A stretch of 60,182 nucleotides of DNA, filler included, from Bipalium vagum (taxonomy: Eukaryota), in the NCBI GenBank assembly GCA_037834085.1. It is 3 parts of 3 records of this genome, joined end to end, with 100 filler letters (N's around TTAATTAATTAA, not from the genome) between each part and the next. Parts side by side here need not be neighbours in the genome. Positions count along the whole stretch, not along the records: positions 1 to 27,927 come from JBBMKC010071922.1; positions 28,028 to 43,716 come from JBBMKC010151580.1; 1 more part is not named here. One strand, given 5' to 3'. Position 1 is the first letter of the stretch. Each line of letters starts with the position of its first letter. The notes beneath the pieces are model-generated. The model did no database searches, was not told the origin of the DNA, and worked only from the letters and a program-made list of their open reading frames with translations. Below are positions 26,240 to 38,600 of this stretch, in pieces. The translations under genes and the position numbers were made by a program.

Positions 26240-27250
26240 TCAGTTTGGCTAATAAGTTTTAAGACTTTTTAACACAAATGTTTATTGAGAAAATCATTAC
26301 ACAAAAAATAAATTTAATCCAAAAAGTACTTACCTTAATTCTCTATCACATCTTGCCAACTTTGAGTACTATTCTTCCTGAAAGTCGGCAGCTGTGATTC
26401 GAAAAAGTTTTCAAGGTACTTTTTGATTTTATGTTCATCATGGAATTGTTTGTTACCAATAGATCGTTGTAATGCTGCTAATATGTAATAATAAGAACGG
26501 ACTCGATCGGGACAATAAGCTGGATGAATCATATTATTCCGGATCATTTGTTTCAATTTCTGTGAGGTCATGTTTAAACGATGCGCTGGTGTATTACCAT
26601 GCTGATAAATAATTTTTTTCATGTAATGTGTATTTAATTTTTAAAGCCGCTTTCAATTTGTCAATTTGCTTACAATAAACATCAGTATTAACCGTTATAT
26701 TTTTTGGATGAACATCTTACAAAATCATACCACAAATATCCCACCATTGTGAATCGATTCTTATTGAATTGATATACTATAAATAAAGTACCAAGGTATC
26801 CTATAAAATAATTTTTAATATGTTGTTGGTTTCCCATCCTTGATTGATATTAGTATTGTATTAAATCTTTGTCTGGAAAGTATGTTTGGATCTTCAAATA
26901 TGACTTTATATTTTAGGTTTATCTTAGAAACTAATAAGATAAATTTTGTTTGAAATTACAGTGACTGGGTTCTTTGTTTTTATGAATAATTTCACTTTCC
27001 TTTGATAAGTATCCATGAAATTTTTTCGTCGATAATACAATAATAAAAATTTTTTTTTCGAGGAAAATCTGCAACAGACACAATCTTCCTCATGTTTCTT
27101 CTTTAATCATCATCGGGTTTTGTTATTGAATACCAGCTGCTTTTCGGTTCATTCTGCTGGGATCTCGCAACCAATATTCGTTGCCTGGTCATCTAATGCA
27201 ACAAGGTTCTTATACTATTTAAATCAGGTGAAATTACATTGGTGATTAAA
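26240..27250 (-). mobile_element. Decayed mariner element
   Basis: TCAGTTTGGCTAATAAGTT end. ORF with IIYQHGNTPAH and HPAYCPDRVRSYYYI. Confidence 0.75.
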
Positions 27251-27927
27251 AATAACGTATCTTCGAATGAAAAATAGTATTTATTTCACCGATTTGCATA
27301 GTAATTCTAATTTGTGAACTCAGTTACTTAAGATTTCTGTTGATTATGTAACCATCCACAATAAATTGTCTTTCAATTTGTAAGTGCGGCCACGGGTTAC
27401 GTGTGAAGGTGCCACCCTAGGCCATTCGAGATTATGTTTTCTAGCTAATCATATAAACATACAGGTATGCAAGCAGTATACAAAACCAATAATTTGCCTA
27501 ACATAGAATGCCTTTATAGCGTATTTTTGATTTAAAAGTTATACAAAAAATGATAAGAGAATACATAATAATTAATTGTTATTTTAAATTAAATGACGTG
27601 ATTCTGACGTTTATATAAAAATTATATTTCCATTGGGCTTCAAAATTAATTAGAGAATGATCAAAGATTGAAAAATTTGGAATGTGAAGTAATTAGAAAA
27701 CTTACTTCATGCTGTTTACTGTTAGCTGAATTCTATTCATACGGGAAAAATGTGACATATGATACATGATATCTATCATTAGTTTACTGTTATTAATCTG
27801 TTGATATTCTAATTCTGCGACCAACGATTTATAAACAAAGCTATTTAATAATGTTCAATATTTAGGGTATCAAATTTAACCTGACTCCAAAATCTTAGGT
27901 GGTGCAAATCAAAACAATCAGTAAAGC

Positions 27928-28027
27928 NNNNNNNNNNNNNNNNNNNNNNNNNNNNNNNNNNNNNNNNNNNNTTAATTAATTAANNNNNNNNNNNNNNNNN
28001 NNNNNNNNNNNNNNNNNNNNNNNNNNN
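27928..28027. other. Artificial contig-joining spacer
   Basis: 44 N + TTAATTAATTAA (stop codons in all six frames) + 44 N = 100 bp. Confidence 0.95.
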
Positions 28028-28102
28028 CAAAGCGCAAGAGATCATGGGTAAACCCAGGCCAACCAGCAGTATCGATCCCAAAACGCAATATCCACGGCAA
28101 GA
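28028..28102 (+). mobile_element. Mariner transposase fragment at contig start
   Basis: KRKRSWVNPGQPAVSIPKRNIHGKK. Confidence 0.8.
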
Positions 28103-29640
28103 AATAAAATAACTATTAATTATTTAAATAATATTTTTTCCACAAAAAATATAAATTCACATTCATTTTTGAGAATTATGAAAATAAAGTCTTTTCATGC
28201 ACATTAAATCAATTAAATGTAAAATCAAATTCAAAAGTTTCCAATGTCTTTAATCAATTTCTAAGATATGTCCTCACTCTCCATCGACCCATGAAGTTCC
28301 CTAAAGTCATCGGTGATTTCTGGAAGCTTTTTTTTGGAGGTTTGTGTTGGTTCTGTCTGTTTTTTTGTACCAGTTTTACTGTTGTTAAGTTTTGTGAGAG
28401 TGAAGATGTGTACAACTTATCTTAATCTGACTCCTTAAGGTTGTGTACCAATCATAAATAAGGCAAACAAAACGATTTTTAAAACTTTTATTTTTAATAC
28501 ACTTTTTACAAATTTTTAAAAGGTTTTCTTTTACTAAAATCAAAATGACAATATCTTTTTAATTAAAGAAGATACTCAATCTACACCAGGAAATGTGTAG
28601 ATGCCCTGAAATAAAATAACGCATTTGATAAATAGTTTACCAGATCGTAATTGCTAGAATAAAACACAAAAAGAAGAATCCGGAAATTTAAATTGAACAA
28701 AAACAGAAATGTGAAATTATATTCGCGTTCTGTAAAGTTAATTAATTAATTAAAGTGAATATAATAATTCCTCCTTAAAAGACTAAAAAATTTTTCAAGA
28801 TGGAATTCAAAAATTACTTGAGAGGTGGGAAAAATAATTGCCAGCGATGGACATTGGTTTGATTAATTTGTTTATTCATGTTGAAAAATAAATATACATT
28901 TTTGACTTGTCTAATAGGCCGAACTAATTTTTATACCAGATACTTTGTTTATTATTTTTATTCTTATTCTTATTAATAATAAGTTATTATTATTATAATT
29001 ATAATAATTAATATAATAATAATAATAATAATAATAATTATTATTATTATTAAATTAAGATACTGACAAGGCACGTAATATAATTATATTTATTATAAGC
29101 AAATTATTTATGATTATTGAGAAAATATCCTAGAGACAATGACACGCGACATAAACATAATTCTGAAATTTTTTTCTGAAATACCTAAAATCGTGACTCC
29201 AGAATTGGAGCTGACATATAAGTATTAATGGACAAAATTAAAGGTCTCTTAATTTTCATAAAAAAGTAAAATATTGAAACCATAGCAACATTTTTATTTT
29301 TAAGCAAAAAATGTGAAGATTAATAATTAAGATGTCATTAATTGTTAAGTTACCTTAGGATAAAATTAAATAAAAGTTTATACCACATAAATTTTTGATA
29401 CATCACTATTTCAATTAAAAGTAAAATTTCATTTGTCCTTGAAGTTGTTTTAAATGTTTTTTATCAGCAACCCAATAAAATTATTCCAATCATTCTTTAA
29501 ATGAATGGTTTGATTTCAAAAGTTTTGGTGCATTTTAAAACATTATTTCTATTTTATACATTTATTTCTTCATCCCATTTCGTTTGAAGTAAGTTCATAA
29601 CTTATATTTATTTTACGAAATTAAATTAGAGAATTCTCTT

Positions 29641-32600
29641 ATGAATACCGATGTCAAAGTTGAAGTACCAGACAAAGTTGGGAAAAGTGTAAAGAACGAT
29701 TTCTTACTTTTCGGGAAATATTTCATTTCACTATCACTCTTATTTTCTTTCGTTTGGATTTTTGGATATCTTCAGATCAATATTTTATGGGGAATAATCG
29801 GAATTTTTACTCTTGTCGTTTATAAGACAACCATAAGCAAACAGCACCAGAAGTTTAACTTCGGGTTTGAGATGTGCAAAGATCTGAAATTCACGTTAGA
29901 TAATGTTTCCAATTTACCGTCATGGGTTCGCATATTTGTTTATTAAATTCATTAACAATATTTCTCCATAAAAATTGATAAATAATGATCACATTTCAGG
30001 TCTCCTTTCCCGATGTCGAGAGAGTGGAATGGATTAATAAAGTACTAAAATAAATATTGACAATTTTCGTTACATTTTCATCAGATTATTATTCGTTTAT
30101 GGCCCAACATAACCAGTTATCTAAATAAAATCATTCAGCAAACCCTGGTGAAGGAATTGCAAAAGAAACTGAAAGGAATCAAATTAAAAGAGATCAATTT
30201 TGGAGATGTGGTAAATATCTACCATTTTATTCTTCTCATGACCGTTGTCGGTAGAGCCCCAAAATCGGTGGTATTAAAATCTATGATAGTGAAAACATGA
30301 GCCGAGAAGAAGTCATCATGGACCTTGATATTTAGTTGGTTGAAATTAATGTGTTCATTTTATTTATGCTGATCACTGTACAAACTCCACGTTGTCCATC
30401 TCGCGCCTTCGGGCAGCATTGAGTTCAATAATCAAATTTCACTTCATTTGCTTAATTAAAACATGCCAGTCAATGTTTGACATAAAAATAATCGTGGACA
30501 CTTCACTCAACAATTAATGACATTCTGTTTCATACATTCTTTAATGATATCCGCGGCTTGTGTTGAGCACTTCAGTAGTCAACTATTTTCACTTTAGACT
30601 TCGTTAACAAAAAAATAAAATAATACCGTTATAAAACAAATGAGGACATCCTCGTAAATGATATTTCACCGAGATTACTAAGAACGGAGTGGGGAACCAC
30701 TGAATTTTTGTTACAAGCCATTCTTAACCATTAAATAAAAGCCGGTAGATTTTACTATCCTTTTGATTATAGTCTTGAGTTTTTAGATTTTTATTTGAAA
30801 ACTTTATTAAATCATGTTGTTACTTAGAAATCGATTTTTTTTGTTATTGAGAGAAAAAACATCTTTGTGTATAAAAAGATATGAAATGATTTAATACTGT
30901 TTTAAAATTCGCTTAAATCTTTAAATATAATATCATTTTTCATACTAGTTTGTTTTAATAATCAATTTTTAGCACCAAAATATGAGATTTTAGTAATTTT
31001 ACGACATTGATGGCAAGAAATATGTCCGCATTGGAAGCCGTTCGTTTTATTACTAAAATCGACGGTCCAGACAATAGAACCAATATGAAAGCCATGTGGT
31101 GGTATGCAAAATTCAAACCGGTTGATAACAGCCTCCAGGAGTATCTTTGTTTGTTGAAGATATCTTGAAAGAATCTGTCGAGTCTAATTTTTCTCAATTG
31201 ATTCGTCAATTAGGCTTCTTAAAAGTCCATCATGCAGAATAGTGTTTAAAAGTGGAAAACTAATAAATAAATAAATATAAATAATAATAATATAAAAATT
31301 CTGTAAGCAAAAACCATTAACGCATTTTGTAATGATCTTTTGTTTAAATTTTATATTTATAAATGTCCCTCACATCTCGTGGATCTTTTAACATTCATAT
31401 AATTACTTTTTTATATCATAAAATTTATATGAATTTTTATTGACTTTGATCTTGAGCCTTTTCTTCCTTTCAGTTATTTCAGTCCAACCGAAATTAATTT
31501 GATATACAACCAGTTACAGTTTGGCATAAAGAATTTTGAGGTGGGTAATTTTATATTTTGTAAATATAAAATGTAATTTTTCCAAAGAAGATATCTTTCC
31601 GAGACCTAAGAGTTTTTGACAAATGATATTTGTTATATAAAATCGATATTATTTGTTTATTGATTTTATCTATTTGTACAGTAAGGTTAATGTCAGACTT
31701 CAACGTTATGAATATTCATTAAGGTTGTTTATCTGAAGTCGCAAAATAAATTCGACAAAGTCAAATTCAGACCACAAAATATTATAGAACGTTTTTTATC
31801 CAAACCCGTTCAGTTTAGGGTTAAAAAATATATTTTAATAAACAATATTTTACCTTCATCTCTTTATTGAATTTAATCAATCTTTTTATTGTTCAACTGT
31901 TTGGATTGTTCGGGCATAGTTCAACTCTCAAACTGAATAAAAATTGAGAGGGGCTTAAAAACGGATTACCTTGAAAGGTAATTTTAAGGTTTCTAATTGA
32001 AAGCATTATTCGTTATCTGACTTTTGAAAGAAGACAGATGGACTTTGATAGTGATAGTAAAGATTTATTATTTATTTGACCTTTTACGGATACAAAAAAC
32101 CATTATTCATTATTTTGCAATGCTCTAAAATTAATACTTTTTTCTTGATACACCTTGCGGATCAATATCTAAGCCTTACTATCGTGGCTAGAATGATACA
32201 ATTGAGAATGATACATGTTTTGTGAACCGATTCATTATCAGATCAATCAATGCATTGTTATCATTTGCTTTATCAGACAGATCTATTATTATAGTAGATA
32301 TTTATTGATTATCAGCTTGTTTTCATTGACATGATTAGATCTTTTGGAACTTGATTAGTAAAGAATATGAGATTTCGATCGTGGTCGATTTCCATGCACA
32401 CAATACTAAGCTTGATAGCGAAAAACATCTTCGGATAAGATCTTATAAAATCAGAAACATAAACTTTAGATAGCTTACAGATTCTCAGAAATGAAATGAG
32501 ACCATTAAGGGAGATCCTGGAAATAAGAGAGGACTCTGAACTAAAGAATGGAAAGAATAACGAACATTTTCAGTGAAAATTGGGATTAAATGCTCCATTT

Positions 32601-35600
32601 TCAGTGTTATTGTTAAAACTTGTTTTTATATTTATGATAAGAAATAAAAAATTAAATAAAAATGTTAATGGTAATTAATTAATTAATAATATGGACTCAT
32701 CATTATAAAATAATGATAATATTATTTATTATCATTATTATTATTATTATTATTATTATTGTGAGATATATTGAATATTAGTTGGCAGATGTAGCTTAGC
32801 GGTCAGAGCAGTGCATGCTCATGTGAAGGTCCCGGGTTCGAATCCCGGTATCTCCGATTAATTTTCACTAACAATTATTATTACTATTATCATTATTATT
32901 TTATTCAAGAAGTTCATAATTTTTATAACAAAAAATAAAATATTTTGAAATAATTAAATTATCCACGGGATTTATTTTATTAATATAAAATTTATTTATT
33001 TAATAGATAAACAATTAAAAATTTCCCAAACATCGTAAATTATATTACTTAACCCATGACTTCAAGCTATAAATTCCTAAGTGACGACAATAAAGTTTTA
33101 TAGCTCTTAGGATTTTTTTTTTCATGTCTTTTAAGGGGACCAGGATTAATTCTTGTTGATGAACGTTTGATTGATAAAACAGTTTTCGGATTTAATTAAA
33201 AATATGTTTACATTCTTTAATTGTCGTTCCGGCGAATCTCACTTTAAAGTGTCCAATTTGTAGGATCTCCGGAGCCTTTAGTTTTTGACACTTCGTTTAT
33301 ATTTTCAATTATGATTAGACATAATCGCTTTTTGAGCTGCTCTAATATTTCTAATGAAATTCCCATTTCATATGAGAAAAAGAAAATTATATTACCATAA
33401 TAATTATATTATCAAAAAATCGCTCTGATCAATTAGAGAACGAACCTTTTTATAATTTCTAATGTAAAGTATCACTAAGTGGAAAAGTTTTTTAATGATC
33501 TCGAAATGCTACTTGATCAATCTTATTACATCCCAAATGTCAAAATACAAAGGGTACCTCGAATATACTTAAGATCACTTTTCCAGTTGACGATAGACTT
33601 GACAGTTCATAAAGAAAGTGATTCTGGTTACAATGAATTCACAAATCTTGCTGATCTCCTTTTTGGATCTCAATGGATTTTTTATAATTTGCATGATCTT
33701 ATTTGAAATTCTTTATTATGTCAACTCTTTCTTGAAGTGAAATGGTTTGAGTAATTGTATAAAGATTATTTTCTCCGACTCATTTATTCGATCTGAGTTG
33801 GTTGTAAAGAAATTGTAGGTCGAAGAATGCCTTCGAAACGGAATACGTTTTCAGAATACCTTTTAAATCTCTAATATGTCCTCTTACAGTGCTCGAATTA
33901 AGCAAATTTGTCACTGAACTGAAGCTTCCATTGGAATATTGCAACTCCGAAACTATTGGCGAACTATTTTTTCTTAAGGTTTAAATATTCAAAGACATCA
34001 AGAAAAATGACAACTAATTTCCATGATTAATAAAAAAATTCTTCAAATTTTTGGCCAATTAATGGAAAAATGGAATCGGTTTCGAGATACTCGAATCGTC
34101 TAGTCATCTTATGGACAACGAGTGATATTACTTTACCACAATGTGCACATATCAACTTTGATCCTATACCAATATCAGGTACCACTACCAATGGTGTATT
34201 GTTATATTTTTTGTTATTGTTGAAGCTTTGGTTCGATAGTCCTGGTCATCATTCTAATTTAGAGAAATGAATGATGAGTACCGCATCTCATACCAGGTCT
34301 TTTAATATGTCTGTGATAGTTTTTGTAACTTGAAACCGGAAGTTGTAATGTACCAAAATAAGTTTCATTGGTTCTTTCATAATATCCGATTTTTAGCAAA
34401 TTGTATCTGAAAATTTCGTTTATCATAATATTGTATTATTTTCCATTTATTTATGAAGTATTTTTGAATTGCTAACACCATATTTTAGACATAGCATAGT
34501 TGCCATAACATTCTGGAAGCATCATATTACTTTTTGCAGCTCTTCTTTTGAGATAAGATAAAAAACAACATCTCCCGTGAATGTGCTTTTCTGGAAATAA
34601 AACTAGTCATAGTAAATAGATCGGTTTTCCTTTATTGTACACTTTAAATAAATAATAAATCATTATTTTAATGTTTAAATATTAATGCTTGACAAATCTT
34701 AGCAATTGATTTAAATTATCGCTGAAATGTTTAATAAATTAGTTGATTAAAACAAACAGTGAGAATTAATGCAACTACCTAATAGTTAAGAATACAGTAC
34801 GTTTTTTGAATTCGGTCTGGTTCAAATGACTAAAACTGTATGGAGGATAACTTTATTCTCTATAGGAATGGTACCATTACTTATGTAGCGATTCTATTTA
34901 ATTTGTCGACAGTTTTAGAAACTGTATACCAATGCAGGGTGAATCATTGACATGGAAATTATCAGAAAAGAATAGAGTTATCATCCATTGTCTATTTTTT
35001 TATAAACCAGGTTTAGCATTAACTACGCAATGTTCTGGTGAGTTTTTGGAGCATTTTTATCTTTACTAAAGTAAAATGGTACCAATTATGTAAGCCGTTC
35101 ATAAATTTTAATTTATTATTATAATATTACTTATACAGCTTATTTATTATTAAAAGATATTTTTTTCAAAATATTTTTTCTTGAACTTAGAACTGTAACG
35201 GTGGTAACGTGTTTTCTAATAACGCGTTCGTCTAATCGTCGAAGTATATTCCATCACAATTTTAATCCTTATAATCTTTTATATTCCTATAATAATAAAG
35301 TTAGAGGTTTTAGATTTTTTCCCCAATGCAATTATTTCTTCTTTATAGCTGAAACAATGATTGAGATTCTGCAAATGATCGCATCAGTTATCAAATCATA
35401 TCATAAAATAAACTGAAGGAATGGTACATTTTCACTAAAGTTTTTGGGATTATTTTTTAAAGAACTTCTATTGATTCTTCTATTAATTGACAATTCTGAT
35501 AAATACACAATTGGTGGTGGTACCTGATATTGGTATAGGATCAAAGTTGATATTTGCACATTGTGCTAAAGTAATATCACTTGTTTTTCTGAACCAGAAA

Positions 35601-38600
35601 CAATTTAGCGAGTTCAAGAAAAGATCCAATTAATATTCAATTAAATATTAATTAATGTTCTTTAATTGGATAAAACTGAATTAAGCTTTACTTCTTTAAA
35701 ATTGAGTGATTTCTAATAGAATTCCCTTTTATAATATTTCCATTCTTTTCAATAACGTGATAAATACCAGGATAAAAGTTCAGATCTATTTTATTATAGC
35801 GTGTTGTGGAGTCATTTCGTACAAATACCAGTCTTGACAGGTTCAGGGAATAATAATAAATAAATGCCGATGCACGAACAGCGACACTGGCTCGATTCTA
35901 ATCGTCTTCGATTAGCTTTATGATCTTTAATGAATGAGTCCTCCTTCGCTGAAGATATATTTTTGCTTTTTATGACACAATTTTAATTAATAAAGAAATA
36001 TTAATATTAATAATATAAAATATAAAATATAATATTCATTATTTTTATTTTTAATAACCTTTTTGACATACACTAATGCGGCTAGTCTATAAGATCCTCA
36101 GTTCTAATATTGTCTACAAAAATATTTAATTGATAATTTTATTAATTTTTTCTCATTGATTTTTACAGGACATTATTTGATATTGCCCGATTTAATTACG
36201 CATTCTACTTATAATAAATAATAGAACAATTCATTAACCACTGTGGAAAGTTAAGCCAATTTTTAAATATAGAACGGGAAAATTATTTCCTGCTTCTGTG
36301 GATTTTTGTCTCAGAATTTATTAATATATTTTTAATGATATTACCCATACATTTTGTTTGTTTGATATACGCAACGGTCCATAAAATAGATAACGCCTTA
36401 ACATTTTCAACAATTTAGAATAGCTGATATATTTTTAACATCATACCACTTATCTGTATATAGGAAAACCCTGAGAGGCGATATGCGCATACCTTTAAAT
36501 AGTTTTCATTTGATAATTGATAGCCACGTGTGGAATTCATTACTGTATCTCTTAACCGTGTTATTGTGAATTTTAAACATAACTTACTTCAGTATTTGCA
36601 ATTTTCAAACCAAATGATTTGAATTTTGAACGAATTTCATTTTGAAGTATAAATAAAAAATAACATTATTGACCTTATGTCAATTATATTTCATTTAAAA
36701 ACTTAAGTAACCTTTAATAAATACCTAAAGTATTAATTATTCCTGCGGACAACTATTTAAAAAACACAAAAGTTGTACCCCAACAATATTCTACATGAAA
36801 TTAAATTTTAAATTTGTGTAGTGGCTTTGTTACTAATGCTGTACAACATGCACAAAACCGTTTCTGATTATCTTTAAACTTGTTAATTTTAAAACAGTTT
36901 AAATAACAAATTATTGAACATTTTAAGGTGTTAACTTTTTTAAGGAACGTAGTGTAAATAGTCTTGGAAATTTAAATTTAAATGAGTTTAATTATTATCT
37001 ATATATGTTATTTATATATCAAAACCGAGGAAAAAAGGACATGTGGAATAAAATGGACAGAGATATTATGTTATTAATGAAAAATAACATATTCAGTAAA
37101 TTCATTAACTCAATTCTTTGTGAAAAGGACAACATTGCAGTGAAACGGAAATATTCTTCGTATACCCGTATTTGTATTTCAAGTAGATTTTTGGTTTTTG
37201 GTAATGGAAAATCCTTTTCATAAGAGTACCCGAAAAACCAATAATCAACTGATGTGAGGTCCTAGACAAGATATGCTGATGCTGCAAAAACCGCAGACCA
37301 AATTTAACTCATCCATTATAGTTGTCTGGTTAAGCTTATGAAGCAGATGCATTTTAAAAGGTTGATTATTAGTTTCCTGTGATGACCATCGATAATCACC
37401 AATATCAGTAATTAAACCTTTAATTGCGGTTTATGTTCACTTGCTGAAGAACGTTGACTATGAGGTATATTATCAACATTTCCATTTCCCTCAAACCTCT
37501 TTACAAGTTTGAACACCCGGAGCATGTTCATTGGTCTTTAATTAAATTTCTTCGTGGTTTGATTCTCATAATTGCAGCCTCAGAGGAAGTTTCATTGCCA
37601 TAACAAAATCGAATTAAATCAATTTTCAACTTTAGATTTATGCCTAAATTTAAAATATTTTTCATCAGTTATTGATTTAAACACACAAAATTAATAGACA
37701 ACAAGTTTATTTTCTTGGTTTTGGATTCATCCGGCTTTTAAAATGATTTATGAATTTATTTATTCTTTATTATTTATTATTATTATTCTTTAAAAATATA
37801 ATTTTCGCTAATTATTAATTAAGACATCGTTTTTAAATATTTTAACTATTTTTTGTCTCGTGCAGTTAATAAAATCAAAATTCTTGGCCAGAAAATAATT
37901 TTATATTAATCTTTTTCAGCTTTGACGTTTTTATGGATTAATGACACCTGTTTTATCTCTTATTTAACTTTAAATCGGATTTTATGTAATATTTCTACTT
38001 AAAGATCCCAGAACCTAATTTAATAGTAATTTAAGTAATCTTTATGATCAATAATTACCCGACTTATTGTTATTGTAATTATTACATTCTAATATTATAA
38101 AATATGTAAACCACTAAGCACCGTGTTCGCTTAACTCTGTTAATGATATTCCTTAAGAATGGTCAACAGGAATTGCAAATCAGTAAATTATTTATTTTTC
38201 TTAGCGTTTTTGTTTAAATATTTTGTTTTTAAAATTTATTTATTTATTATTTATAAAAATCAATTATCGATACACTAAATTACTGATATCAGAACCGTAA
38301 CCGACTTTTTCCCTTTATCAGCCACTTTATTGGGATTCATTAAGATAAAAGACTAAATGCAACTAACCAACTCATACCATCGACTAAGTGGTTTTATTTT
38401 GTTTTACTAAATAGCTTGTGATATCTTTATTTATTTTACGTTATTCGTAATATAAAACATTTCTTTCAAAATAAATTTATTTATTTGTGTTTTTCTTCTT
38501 AATAAATACATCTTTTTTCCAAGACAATAGAAGACATATCAAAGGTAAGCGTGGTTCGTATTACATATATTACCTTAATATATTTCACATTGTAAATAAA

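Noticed and set aside
27972-27983. Palindromic TTAATTAATTAA between N runs (also 43761-43772)
   Set aside because: It is an assembly spacer with stops in all frames, not a biological motif.
33479-34270. Nested gene in ESYT intron 5 (ORFs 33479-33706 and 34070-34270)
   Set aside because: I found no recognisable motifs or consistent splice structure. The region looks like repeat debris.
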